Source: an uncultured Gammaproteobacteria bacterium (lineage in GTDB: Bacteria > Pseudomonadota > Gammaproteobacteria > JAURND01). From it: a stretch of 64,000 nt of DNA. Under the pieces are notes generated by a model that did no database searches, was not told the DNA's origin, and saw nothing but the letters and a program-made list of their open reading frames with translations. This document shows positions 37,516-47,896 of this stretch, piece by piece (the stretch's first letter is position 1; every line of letters starts with the position of its first letter). The position numbers and the translations under genes are program-made. The stretch is from assembly GCA_963714975.1 (NCBI GenBank), contig CAVQQD010000002.1, positions 800,001 through 864,000 of the forward strand. The letters run 5' to 3'.

Positions 37516-37830
37516 GTGGAGAAAAACAATATTGATCATGATGAAATAGGCTGGGAGGGGTTTTTGCAGTTATGTATCATCTCCCAGGATACGGAAAAAC
37601 TTACTTCGGTCTTCGACTTGTTATTAACATTTGAGGAAAGAAAAAATTTATCGTTACGCTATTTAATTATTCAAGGGTTATTGAGCGAGAAAGAAACTCA
37701 GCGCGAGCTTGCACAACGTTTAGGGGTGAGCATTGCAAAAATTACTCGAGGCTCAAATGAATTAAAACGTTTTAGCCCTGAAGCAATTGAATATTTTCGC
37801 AAACAGATGGGGCTATTAAAAAAACTGTGA
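37516..37830 (+). CDS. trpR: Trp operon repressor
   Basis: LLTFEER..L..R, TQRELAQRLGVSIAKITRGSNELK. Confidence 0.9.
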   Translation: MEKNNIDHDEIGWEGFLQLCIISQDTEKLTSVFDLLLTFEERKNLSLRYLIIQGLLSEKETQRELAQRLGVSIAKITRGSNELKRFSPEAIEYFRKQMGLLKKL

Positions 37831-38025
37831 GCTCAAACTGAACTGAAGTCCCGTCGCCTGCCTACGGGGTCCTGCCGCGCGTCACCCCTTCGGCTGCACC
37901 GCGTGACCTCCTGGTTGAGAAAAAATTTGAGAGCCTCCTCAAGTATGTGAAAATTCGGGTGTAATTAAAACTGCGGTCAGAAGAATCCCAGAAGCGTGCA
38001 CGGGTGGCGGGGCAGCTTCCTTCTA

Positions 38026-39468
38026 CTATAACTTATTTTTTAGTAACTCATTTACCCGCTGTGGGTTAGCTTTTCCCTTGGTTAATTTCATCACTTGCCC
38101 CACTAAAAAGCCAAACAGTTGTTCCTTGCCAGCACGGTACTGAGCCACTTGATCAGGGTGGTTGGCTATGATTTCAAGCACAGCGGCTTCGATGGCGCTG
38201 TCATCGGTAATTTGAGTTAAACCTTTTTGCGCAATAATTTGATCAGGATCACCTTCTCCCTTCCAGACTGCTTCAAAAACTGATTTGGCAATTTTTCCAG
38301 AAATAGTGTTATCAGCGATGCGATTAATAATGACAGCTAACTGTTCTGGTTTGATCGGGCAGGTGCTGATATCCAGACCCGCTTTATTAAGGGCTCCTAG
38401 TACCTCACCAATAATCCAATTTGCAGCCAATTTAGCAGATTTGGTTGCAGAGAATTTTATAACTTGCTCATAATAAAACGCTAATTCTTGTTGACCCGCG
38501 AGAATAGCGGCGTCATAAGCGCTCAGCCCATATTCGGTAATAAATCGTTGCTGTTTTTCCCGAGGGAGTTCTGGAAGAGTAGCACATACCTTTTCAATTT
38601 CTTCAGTGGTAATTACTAAAGGTAATAAGTCTGGATCCGGAAAATAGCGATAATCATTAGCTTCTTCTTTGCTGCGCATCGGACGAGTGACATTTTTGTC
38701 TACATCATACAGCATGGTTTGTTGATCAATTTTCCCGCCATTTTCCAATATGGCAATTTGTCGCTGAATTTCATAGTTAATCGCACGCTCAATAAAGCGG
38801 AAGGAATTCATATTTTTGATTTCAGTGCGTGTTCCTAGCCGAGTGTCACCTTTACGTCTGACAGAAACATTCGCATCGCAACGAAATGAGCCTTCTTGCA
38901 TATTAGCCTCACTAATGCCTAAATAGCGCACCAGGCTATGCAAGGTTTTTAGGTAGGCAACGGCTTCTTTAGCTGAGCGCAATTCGGGTTCGGATACGAT
39001 TTCTAGCAAGGGTGTCCCTGCGCGATTGAGATCAATTCCAGTCATGCCCTGAAAATCTTCATGCAAAGATTTGCCGGCATCTTCTTCTAAATGGGCGCGG
39101 GTAATATTAATTTCTTGCTCGATGCCATCTTCAAAGGCAATCTTGAGTGAGCCTCCACTCACCACAGGCAAGTCATGTTGACTAATTTGGTAGCCTTTGG
39201 GAAGGTCTGGATAAAAATAATTTTTGCGCGCAAAGACCGTGCGTGAATTAATGTTGGCGTTAATACTAAGACCAAATTTGATTGCCATATGCACGGCTGC
39301 TTGGTTTAGTGTTGGCAAGGTGCCTGGAAAGCCTAGGTCAATCAGCGAAGCTTGAGTATTGGGATCAGCTCCAAATGAGTTGGGTGCCCCAGAAAATAAT
39401 TTAGATTTTGTCGATAATTGGACATGCACTTCAAGTCCAATAACTGATTCCCATGCCATGGTGGTCAC
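38026..39468 (-). CDS. gatB: Asp/Glu-tRNA amidotransferase subunit B
   Basis: [44 protein letters not shown]. Confidence 0.98.
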   Translation of the reverse strand: MTTMAWESVIGLEVHVQLSTKSKLFSGAPNSFGADPNTQASLIDLGFPGTLPTLNQAAVHMAIKFGLSINANINSRTVFARKNYFYPDLPKGYQISQHDLPVVSGGSLKIAFEDGIEQEINITRAHLEEDAGKSLHEDFQGMTGIDLNRAGTPLLEIVSEPELRSAKEAVAYLKTLHSLVRYLGISEANMQEGSFRCDANVSVRRKGDTRLGTRTEIKNMNSFRFIERAINYEIQRQIAILENGGKIDQQTMLYDVDKNVTRPMRSKEEANDYRYFPDPDLLPLVITTEEIEKVCATLPELPREKQQRFITEYGLSAYDAAILAGQQELAFYYEQVIKFSATKSAKLAANWIIGEVLGALNKAGLDISTCPIKPEQLAVIINRIADNTISGKIAKSVFEAVWKGEGDPDQIIAQKGLTQITDDSAIEAAVLEIIANHPDQVAQYRAGKEQLFGFLVGQVMKLTKGKANPQRVNELLKNKL

Positions 39469-40922
39469 CTTACGAAGTTAGAAGGAATTTTTCTGTGCCA
39501 ATCGGTAACTTGTTGATATTGATGTGCTAGATTTAGCAATTTTGCTTCTGAAAAGGCAGGTCCGATCAGTTGGATGCCAACCGGTAATTGATCAATAAAT
39601 CCTGCAGGAATAGCAAGGGCTGGTAAACCCGCTAAATTGGCAGGGACGGTATAGATATCCGAGAGATACATACCTACTGGATCAGTACTTTTTTCCCCTA
39701 ATTTAAACGCTGGGCTAGGGGTACTAGGACTCAAAATGACGTCAACTTCTTGAAAGGATTTGGCAAAATCATCACTGATCAAACGGCGAATTTTCTGGGC
39801 TTTTAAGTAATAAGCATCGTAAAAGCCGGCCGAAAGTACATAGGTTCCAATCATGATACGTCGCTTGACTTCTTCGCCAAAACCCTCGCTCCGGCTGCGT
39901 TCATATAAATCTAATAAGTCGCTAGGATTATCGCAGCGATAGCCATAGCGTACGCCATCATAACGTGCCAAATTAGCTGAGCATTCAGCTGGAGCCACAA
40001 CGTAATAGGCTGGTATTGATAAAGAAGTACTTGGTAAACTGACTTCTTTAAATTTAGCACCCAATTTTTCAAACTGAGCAATGGCTTCTTGAATGGCTTG
40101 AGCCATCTTAGTTTCTAAGCCCCCGTGGTAATACTCTACGGGTAAGCCAATGCGTAAGCCTGAAATTGCTTCTTTTAGGGTGAGGGAATAGTCTGGGACT
40201 GGATGATTGATACTAGTAGAATCTTTATCATCGTAGCCAGCCATCACGTTCAGTAACAAGGCGCAATCCTCTGCACTTAGCCCCATGATTCCTGCTTGAT
40301 CTAAGCTCGAAGCAAAGGCAATCATGCCATATCGGGATATTCGGCCATAAGTAGGTTTGATCCCAGTGATGCCACTAAAGGCAGCAGGCTGACGTACCGA
40401 ACCCCCAGTATCAGTACCTGTGGCTATTGGTGCTAAGCGGGCTGCTACCGCAGCCGCAGATCCTCCTGAAGATCCTCCTGGAACACGAGTGAGATCCCAA
40501 GGATTTTTACAAGGACCATAAAAACTCGTTTCATTGGAGGAACCCATGGCGAATTCATCCATGTTAGTTTTACCGAGTAATACTGTCCCAGCAGCATAGC
40601 AGCGCTCTACGGAGGTTGCATCATAAGGAGCAATAAAGTTATCCAGCATTTTCGAAGCACAAGAGGTGCGAACACCTTGAGTGCAAAAAATATCTTTTTG
40701 GGCGATAGGAATTCCAAGCAAGGGAGTGACTTCACCCCGCGCACGTCGTTGGTCAGCATTTTGTGCTTGGCTTATAGCGATTTCCTCAGTGACCGTGATA
40801 AAACTATTGAGTTGGGTATCGTATTTTTTTATACGTTCCAGGTATAACTGGGTTAATTCTAAGCTTGAAATTTTTTTCGCAGCTAGATTTTTGGCTAATT
40901 CGGAAATGGTTAGTTCATGCAT
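39465..40922 (-). CDS. gatA: Asp/Glu-tRNA amidotransferase subunit A
   Basis: [34 protein letters not shown]. Confidence 0.98.
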   Translation of the reverse strand: MHELTISELAKNLAAKKISSLELTQLYLERIKKYDTQLNSFITVTEEIAISQAQNADQRRARGEVTPLLGIPIAQKDIFCTQGVRTSCASKMLDNFIAPYDATSVERCYAAGTVLLGKTNMDEFAMGSSNETSFYGPCKNPWDLTRVPGGSSGGSAAAVAARLAPIATGTDTGGSVRQPAAFSGITGIKPTYGRISRYGMIAFASSLDQAGIMGLSAEDCALLLNVMAGYDDKDSTSINHPVPDYSLTLKEAISGLRIGLPVEYYHGGLETKMAQAIQEAIAQFEKLGAKFKEVSLPSTSLSIPAYYVVAPAECSANLARYDGVRYGYRCDNPSDLLDLYERSRSEGFGEEVKRRIMIGTYVLSAGFYDAYYLKAQKIRRLISDDFAKSFQEVDVILSPSTPSPAFKLGEKSTDPVGMYLSDIYTVPANLAGLPALAIPAGFIDQLPVGIQLIGPAFSEAKLLNLAHQYQQVTDWHRKIPSNFVR

Positions 40923-40936
40923 AGTAAAGGCCTTGA

Positions 40937-41236
40937 CTATTCAATTGCTTCGATAACTTGAGGAACCAGGTAAAGGCCAAAGGCTATGAGTGGCGCTAAG
41001 CTTTGCCAAAAGTCACGATGATTGCTTCTAATGACCTCATCAGCTCGCAGAGTTAAAGTGGCATCTCGGAAAGGAGAGCTCATCGGCTCAACCTTTGTCG
41101 TATCACAGTTATTAATATGGGCGATTAAATCTAAGATATTGGAAAGGCTATGCGTATAGGTAACAATATTCTTTTCATTAAGACGTAGACGGGCCAGCCG
41201 GGCTACTTTGGCTATTTCTTGCTCAGAGATTGACAT
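40937..41236 (-). CDS. gatC: Asp/Glu-tRNA amidotransferase subunit C
   Basis: [21 protein letters not shown]. Confidence 0.93.
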   Translation of the reverse strand: MSISEQEIAKVARLARLRLNEKNIVTYTHSLSNILDLIAHINNCDTTKVEPMSSPFRDATLTLRADEVIRSNHRDFWQSLAPLIAFGLYLVPQVIEAIE

Positions 41237-41400
41237 ACGATGGGCCTCCTTTTTTTGTAGGCGCTGATTATAGCGGCCTTGTTACCACGGATGTCAACAA
41301 AAAGTCTGTTGTGCGATGACAAAAAATTCGGTACCTTATCTTGCATTGATGCCTTCTCCAAAGGGGGGAAGGGAATAACAAATACAGGTGTCTTATTCTC

Positions 41401-42447
41401 ATGGTAATAAAACGACTTCGTGGCTATCTTTCAAATGCTTATGCAGTTGATCTCGGTACAGCAAATACCTTAGTTTGGGACGGGGAACTGAAGAAAATTG
41501 TCTTAAATGAACCTTCAGTAGTAGCAACTAGTACGGATGCGCATGGCCAATGCCGCGTAGTGGCAGTAGGGACTGAGGCAAAACGGATGTTGGGGCGTAC
41601 GCCTGCTAATATTACCGCGATCCGTCCTCTCAAAGAGGGAGTGATCGCCGACTTTTTTATTACTGAAAAAATGTTGCAGCATTTTATTCATAAGGTACAT
41701 AAGAATCGGCTTTTCAAGCCAAGTCCTCGTGTATTGGTCTCTGTCCCTTGTGGGTCTACGCAGGTAGAGCGTCGTGCAATTAGAGAATCTGCCTTAGGAG
41801 CTGGGGCTAGGGAAGTGTTTCTAATTGACGAACCAATGGCTGCAGCGATGGGAGCAGGCCTCCCCGTGGAAGAAGCTAGTGGTTCCATGGTGGTGGATAT
41901 TGGTGGTGGTACTACTGAAGTAGCCATTATTTCATTGAACGGCATTGTCTATTCTGCTTCAGTACGCATTGGTGGCGATCGTTTTGATGATGCGATTGTC
42001 AATTATGTCCGTCGTAATTATGGAACCTTAATTGGTGAGGCCACAGCTGAACGGATTAAGCAAGATATTGGAGCTGCTTTCCCAAGCAGTGAAGTTAAAG
42101 AAATAGAAGTGCGAGGGCGAAATTTGGCCGAAGGCGTTCCACGAAGTTTTGTGATGAATAGCAATGAAATTTTAGAGGCTTTGCAAGATCCATTGAGTGG
42201 CATTATAACCGCTGTACGTGACGCTCTGGAAAAAATTCCACCTGAATTATCCTCAGATATTGCTGAACGAGGGATGGTGCTAACTGGCGGAGGTGCTTTA
42301 TTGAAGGATTTGGACCGCTTGATCATGGAAGAGACAGGATTGCCGGTTATTGTTGCCGTAGATCCATTAACCTGTGTGGCTCGAGGAGGGGGAAGAGCTT
42401 TGGAAACAATGCACTTTTTTGGTGAAAGATTTCTCTCCAGAGAATAG
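41401..42447 (+). CDS. mreB: Rod shape-determining protein MreB
   Basis: [29 protein letters not shown]. Confidence 0.98.
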   Translation: MVIKRLRGYLSNAYAVDLGTANTLVWDGELKKIVLNEPSVVATSTDAHGQCRVVAVGTEAKRMLGRTPANITAIRPLKEGVIADFFITEKMLQHFIHKVHKNRLFKPSPRVLVSVPCGSTQVERRAIRESALGAGAREVFLIDEPMAAAMGAGLPVEEASGSMVVDIGGGTTEVAIISLNGIVYSASVRIGGDRFDDAIVNYVRRNYGTLIGEATAERIKQDIGAAFPSSEVKEIEVRGRNLAEGVPRSFVMNSNEILEALQDPLSGIITAVRDALEKIPPELSSDIAERGMVLTGGGALLKDLDRLIMEETGLPVIVAVDPLTCVARGGGRALETMHFFGERFLSRE

Positions 42448-42470
42448 GTCTATTTACAGGAGTAAATACT

Positions 42471-43355
42471 ATTAAGCCGTTATTTAAGCGCAGGCCAATG
42501 TTTGGTTTGCGTGCGTTCATCTTAATTATTTTGGCTTTAGCCTTAATGTTCTTCAATCATCGTTCTGATGATTTTAAAGCAGCACGTTCTCAACTTTCGG
42601 TGGTGCTGGTTCCTTTGCAGTCTCTGGTAAATCAACCATTCCAATTTTTTCAATGGCTCAAGAGTAACTTTTCCACCCAACAAGATGCCTTGGAAGAAAA
42701 TGCTCGTTTGCGTGCTCGTCAACTATTACTGCAGGCTAAGTTGCAACGCCTTTTAGGTTTAGAAGCAGAAAATTCGCAACTGCGGGCCTTATTAGGCTCG
42801 CCAAGCCAATTTTCAGAAAGAATGTTGGTAGCGCAGCTATTAGATACCAATTTAGATCCATTAGCCCAGCAGGTTATCGTCGACAAAGGCGAACGCGAAG
42901 GAGTTTTTGTAGGTCAACCCGTTCTAGATGCTTATGGCGTGATGGGTCAGGTTGTCGATGTAAGCGTATTCTCAAGTCGGGTCCTTTTAATCACTGATGC
43001 ACGTAGCGCAATACCAGTGCAAAATAGCCGTAATGGGTTACGTGCTATTGCTGCAGGCACAAATTATTTAGATGAATTGGTTTTACTGCATATGCCTGCT
43101 ACTGCAGACATACGGGTGGGTGATCTCTATGTGACTTCGGGTTTAGGAGGTCGATTTCCATTTGGTTATCCGGTTGCCGTGGTTACTACGGTGAAACGAA
43201 CTGGGGATCGTTTTGTGGGTGTGGCACTCAAGCCCAATGCTCATATTAACAGTGCTCGTTTGGTAGTACTGATTTGGTCGGCCCAACGACGTGATGAATC
43301 TATTATGCCTGGTCTATCCGGTGCGGTTATCAAATCAAAATTATTGAGACCCTAA
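42471..43355 (+). CDS. mreC: Rod shape-determining protein MreC (probable ATT start at 42471; first ATG at 42498)
   Basis: ENSQLRALL, DKGEREGV, TSGLGGRFPFGYPV. The conserved KPLF N-terminus lies upstream of the first ATG. Confidence 0.93.
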   Translation: MKPLFKRRPMFGLRAFILIILALALMFFNHRSDDFKAARSQLSVVLVPLQSLVNQPFQFFQWLKSNFSTQQDALEENARLRARQLLLQAKLQRLLGLEAENSQLRALLGSPSQFSERMLVAQLLDTNLDPLAQQVIVDKGEREGVFVGQPVLDAYGVMGQVVDVSVFSSRVLLITDARSAIPVQNSRNGLRAIAAGTNYLDELVLLHMPATADIRVGDLYVTSGLGGRFPFGYPVAVVTTVKRTGDRFVGVALKPNAHINSARLVVLIWSAQRRDESIMPGLSGAVIKSKLLRP

Positions 43356-43357
43356 TT

Positions 43358-43837
43358 ATGAAGTCACTATTCGTGATTGGAGTAACTTTTGTAGTCGCTA
43401 TTATTTTAGAACTTATTCCTTTACCTGGATTTTTATTGTGGATCGAGCCTGAATGGGTCATTTTAACGCTAATTTATTGGTCCTTAGTGCTTCCTGATAA
43501 GGTGGGTTTATCGGTAGCATTTTTATTAGGACTAGTGATGGATTTGTTGATGGGCACTTTGCTTGGGCAACATGCACTTGCCTATGTTATAATCACCTGC
43601 CTGTGTATTCGTTTTTGTACGCGGATTCGTTTTTTGCCTTTGTGGCAACAAACAGTGACTATTTTCTTGATGGTTTTTGCATATCAAACATTCCAGTTTT
43701 TTATGCATGAATTTTCAGATTCGGAACAGGTAGTGGCAACATGGTTATTTTGGTTGCCTAGTTTTACTAGTTGCTTGCTTTGGCCATTCATCTATACTTT
43801 TTTACAGTCGTATCAAACGCGCTACAGGGTGTATTAA
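43358..43837 (+). CDS. mreD: Rod shape-determining protein MreD
   Basis: PEWVILTLIYW, GLVMDLLMGTLLGQHAL. Confidence 0.93.
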   Translation: MKSLFVIGVTFVVAIILELIPLPGFLLWIEPEWVILTLIYWSLVLPDKVGLSVAFLLGLVMDLLMGTLLGQHALAYVIITCLCIRFCTRIRFLPLWQQTVTIFLMVFAYQTFQFFMHEFSDSEQVVATWLFWLPSFTSCLLWPFIYTFLQSYQTRYRVY

Positions 43838-43842
43838 AAAGA

Positions 43843-46800
43843 GTGAAGCCATTTTATAAAAAATTATTACCTCGGATTGCTGAAGTAAGTATTGCGATCC
43901 TAGTACTCCTGGCTATTTTAATAGGTATAGCACGTTTTTTTTTACCTTATGTTGATCGTTACCACTCCAACTTCGAAGATTGGGCCAGCACAATTACCCA
44001 TCATCCCGTAAAGATAGAGAAGGTGAACGCAAGCTGGAAAGGCTTATATCCAATTTTTAGCTTAGAGCAGGTTGAAGTATTTGATGCTAATAAAACTACC
44101 AGGCTATTGCAAGTTACTCAGGTTCGTGTAGGCATTAATTTACTGGCTAGTCTGATTACATGGCAGTTTAAGCCCAGCTTGCTTCATTTAACTGGCACTC
44201 ATTTATCAGTGCGACAAATTGATCCCCACACTTTGGAGGTCAATGGTATTAAACTGCATTTGGCTTTACCCGAGCCTGCTAGCGGCAATACTATGGAGGG
44301 CTTAATTGCTTGGTTGTTAGCACAAGGCGAAATCATTATTGATGACGTTGGTGCTGATTGGTATGGAATGAATGGCTATCATTTGCCTTTGACTAATTTG
44401 CAAGTGAAATTTAGTAAGGGGTTAACCCAGCATCAGCTGATAGGTTCAGGGGTGATCGCTACCCAAAATCCAGGTCGCTTTCGCACTGTACTCAAGTTAC
44501 AAGGAAATATAGGTAATCGCAATATTAAGGTGCAGGGCTATCTTTACTTACGTAACATTGATTTAGTCCCATTGGCGAAGTTGGCTGCGTGGAATGGTTA
44601 TCAGCTGGTTCAAGGCCATTTAAAACAAGGGCGAGCTTGGTTAGAGTGGTCTAATAAACAAGTCCAGTTGTTACAAGCTACTTTTGATTTGGACCACGCG
44701 CTGTTGTTTTCGGAGCATTCACTAAAGCAGTTACCTCTTGATTCGCTGTCTGGTCATGCTGCTTGGCAAAAAGTGCAGGGTGGAATAAATGTTGCTGCTA
44801 ATCAATTAAAGATTCAGATCGCAGGCCAATCCTGGCCCACTGCACAAGTGAGTTTTCAGCATAAGGATGCCTCTTCTCATTCATCGTCGTTGCAGATTTT
44901 TCGTCTAGATAAGCTTAACTTAGCCAATGCAGAAGCCTTAGCCGCTTTTATTGTGCCTCGCACCAACGCAGGGACTTTTGCCAATACCAGTCAGGAATTA
45001 GTCACTGCTCTAGCGCCAAGTGGTGCTGTTGAAGATCTCTTAGTGCGCCGAGAATTCACTGCTCAAGAACAAAGTTTGCTATCTGCTTATGCTCGCCTTA
45101 ACCAATGGCAATGGAGAGCTGACAAAAAAGTTCCCGGGATACGAAACTTAAGTGGTCAAATAAAGTGGACCCCCAATGCAGGCGACATGCAGCTGGATGG
45201 CCAGCATTTTGAGTTGGATTACAATAGCTTATTTTCAGCCCCGCTAATGATCGACAATTACTCTGGAAGAATAGAATGGATTAATGTGCCAGCGGGTTTA
45301 AAAATCCGTGCCACTGAATTGGTTGCGAATAATTCTGATATCAGTGTTCGTGGGAATATCGATGTTTCTCAGCCACACCCTGGATCTGGAGACACATTCG
45401 TACGTCTACTGGGCTCTTTTACTAGTGATAAAATTAAGCATCTTGCTCTTTACTTGCCTCTTAAGGTGTTTCCAAAGCCCTTAGCGGTCTGGCTTAGTCA
45501 AGCTTTTGTGGGCGGGGGGAATGTGCAGGGAAGAGTATTATTGCAAGGACCTTTACATCACTTTCCTTTTGATGATCACAGTGGGCATTTTGAGATTGCG
45601 GCAAAGACTGAAAGTCTGAATATTAATTATGGAAAAGGCTGGCCCATGTTAACCGATCTTACTGCCGATGTGCATTTTGACGGCAGAAGTATGCAGCTAG
45701 ATAGTCCAAGTGCCAAAATTTTTGGTATGAGTACTAAGCCCATTCATGCCGAGATTGCGGACTTAAGCCGTGCGGAATTAGCCATTAAATCAGGGATTGA
45801 AGCGAGTTTACTAGATGCTAAGCGTTTTGTTTTTGCGAGTCCTTTAAAGAGCAGCTTGGGTGGTGCACTGAAGGAATTGCAACCCAACGGTATGATGCAA
45901 TTAGGTTTACATTTGCTGCTCCCTTTACACGAGGGTGAAACAGCGATGCGTGTCAATGGCAATCTTGCCATCATACCAGGAGCTAGCTTAACTCTACTGG
46001 ATTGGGATATTCGCTTTGAACAGTTGCAAGGGCAAGTCCAATTTACTGAAAACAGTGTCACGGCTGAAGACTTAAAAGCGACCTGGTTAGGGCAGCCAGT
46101 CCTCGCTCGAATTACTACCGAATTCCCCGGAGAGAAGCAACAGGTCCTTAAGATTGAAGGCCGTGGTAGTATGCCGCTCTCGTTGCTGGAACGTTATTAT
46201 AATGTAAGCTCTTTATCTGCTTATTTGCAGGGGACTATTAATTATGTGGCGACGCTACAAGCCAAAAAAAATAAAGGGCAAACCCAAACTTCATTGATTC
46301 TAGATTCGGATTTAACCGGTGTTAGCATTGATTTGCCGGCTCCCTTGAAAAAAACAGCAACCGAAAAAGCGCCTTCCCATATTGAATTGGCCTGGGGGGA
46401 ACCTCCAGTAAAATCTCTGCAGATGTCCGGTAATTATGATAAAAAATTAAGTGCCGCCTTGGCACTAAAAAATACCGCGGGTCAGTGGGCATTAGATAAT
46501 GGTAACCTTCGTTTTGGCGCCACGCCTGCAACACTGATGAAGGTTCCGGGATTAATTATTGATGGAGAATTAGCTAGCTTGGATTGGAATCAAGTGGAGA
46601 ATGATCTTTTGCCCCTCTTTGTGAAGAAAAAGACTTTGAAGCCGCAGACGCCAGCTTGGGTGCTGAACAAAATTAATTTAACGATTGGGCAATTAGCTGC
46701 TTTTGGAATGAATTTAAACCAGGCTCATGTGCAAATCCAACCTTTAAAGAATGCTTGGTCGCTACAAATTGATAGCCCCTTGATGGCTGGAAGATTGATA

Positions 46801-47748
46801 TTGTCCGAGGACCTACTGCATCAAGGAATTCAAGGAGAATTTACGCGTTTTACCTTACTGCCAGGTTCTTCCAAAGTAGTTTCTGATATTAATCCTGGGA
46901 AATTGCCACCTTTAAACCTGGTTATTCGCAGTTTTTATTATGGTGAAAAAGCTTTTGGGGAAGTGAGATTACGTACCTTTCCACAGTCTAATACCATGCA
47001 GATCGAACAGCTAGCAATTCGATCGCCTTATTATGAGCTTATTGCAGCAGGTCAATGGCGGCAGCTGGCCAAGGGTCGAGATCAAACCGTGCTGAATGGA
47101 GCGCTTACGACCACAAATTTAGGTGCGTCCTTGAGGAGCCTGGGTTTAACCGGGAGTTTGGAGGGATCCAAAGGTAAGGCTTCCTTTGCTCTAGCCTGGC
47201 CTGCTGCTGCATTTAATGCCGGTGCTGCGAATTTAAATGGTAATTTTTCCCTTGATTTCTTAGGAGGGCGGATCATCAATATCAGCCAAAGTACCGAGGC
47301 TGATATTGGTCTGGGGCGCTTGCTGAATTTATTTAGTTTGCAATCCATTCCTCGACGCTTAACTTTGGATTTTAGTGACTTAACCCAAAAGGGTTTTAAT
47401 TATGACGAAATGAAAGGGAATTTTGCTATCCACAATGGCCAAGTAACCACTAAAGATGCTTACTTAGATGGCCCGATTGCAAAAGTGGAAATTAAGGGCC
47501 GCATTGGTTTAGCGGCTAAGGATTATGATCTGCGCATGTTGATGACTCCCTATGTGACTTCGAGTGTTCCGGTGGTGGCTGCTTTTGCTGGGGGTCCGGT
47601 AGTTGGTGCTGCCGCTTTCGTTGCCCAAAAAGTATTGGGGAATGTGGTTGGCAAGATTACTAGCCATAGTTATCAGGTTACCGGTTCTTGGGCTAATCCC
47701 AATATTATCAAGCTTTCGCAATTAGATTTGCTACTCCCAAGGTCTTAA
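43843..47748 (+). CDS. yhdP: YhdP/AsmA-like lipid transport protein
   Basis: About 1300 aa beta-rich protein with an N-terminal TM; RRLTLDFSDL and YQVTGSWANP; between mreD and tldD. Start placed at in-frame GTG 43843. Confidence 0.9.
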   Translation: MKPFYKKLLPRIAEVSIAILVLLAILIGIARFFLPYVDRYHSNFEDWASTITHHPVKIEKVNASWKGLYPIFSLEQVEVFDANKTTRLLQVTQVRVGINLLASLITWQFKPSLLHLTGTHLSVRQIDPHTLEVNGIKLHLALPEPASGNTMEGLIAWLLAQGEIIIDDVGADWYGMNGYHLPLTNLQVKFSKGLTQHQLIGSGVIATQNPGRFRTVLKLQGNIGNRNIKVQGYLYLRNIDLVPLAKLAAWNGYQLVQGHLKQGRAWLEWSNKQVQLLQATFDLDHALLFSEHSLKQLPLDSLSGHAAWQKVQGGINVAANQLKIQIAGQSWPTAQVSFQHKDASSHSSSLQIFRLDKLNLANAEALAAFIVPRTNAGTFANTSQELVTALAPSGAVEDLLVRREFTAQEQSLLSAYARLNQWQWRADKKVPGIRNLSGQIKWTPNAGDMQLDGQHFELDYNSLFSAPLMIDNYSGRIEWINVPAGLKIRATELVANNSDISVRGNIDVSQPHPGSGDTFVRLLGSFTSDKIKHLALYLPLKVFPKPLAVWLSQAFVGGGNVQGRVLLQGPLHHFPFDDHSGHFEIAAKTESLNINYGKGWPMLTDLTADVHFDGRSMQLDSPSAKIFGMSTKPIHAEIADLSRAELAIKSGIEASLLDAKRFVFASPLKSSLGGALKELQPNGMMQLGLHLLLPLHEGETAMRVNGNLAIIPGASLTLLDWDIRFEQLQGQVQFTENSVTAEDLKATWLGQPVLARITTEFPGEKQQVLKIEGRGSMPLSLLERYYNVSSLSAYLQGTINYVATLQAKKNKGQTQTSLILDSDLTGVSIDLPAPLKKTATEKAPSHIELAWGEPPVKSLQMSGNYDKKLSAALALKNTAGQWALDNGNLRFGATPATLMKVPGLIIDGELASLDWNQVENDLLPLFVKKKTLKPQTPAWVLNKINLTIGQLAAFGMNLNQAHVQIQPLKNAWSLQIDSPLMAGRLILSEDLLHQGIQGEFTRFTLLPGSSKVVSDINPGKLPPLNLVIRSFYYGEKAFGEVRLRTFPQSNTMQIEQLAIRSPYYELIAAGQWRQLAKGRDQTVLNGALTTTNLGASLRSLGLTGSLEGSKGKASFALAWPAAAFNAGAANLNGNFSLDFLGGRIINISQSTEADIGLGRLLNLFSLQSIPRRLTLDFSDLTQKGFNYDEMKGNFAIHNGQVTTKDAYLDGPIAKVEIKGRIGLAAKDYDLRMLMTPYVTSSVPVVAAFAGGPVVGAAAFVAQKVLGNVVGKITSHSYQVTGSWANPNIIKLSQLDLLLPRS

Positions 47749-47896
47749 AAGAGAGGCAAGCGAGCTGTAACAATTCCGTAACAATTCGTTAAGTTTTGTG
47801 ATACAATGCTTTTTATTTTTGTAACCGATAAGACAGGAAGTTTTGTCAGTCTCTGGGCACTACTGGCGTAGTTGGATTTAGTCCAGTATTAGGAAG

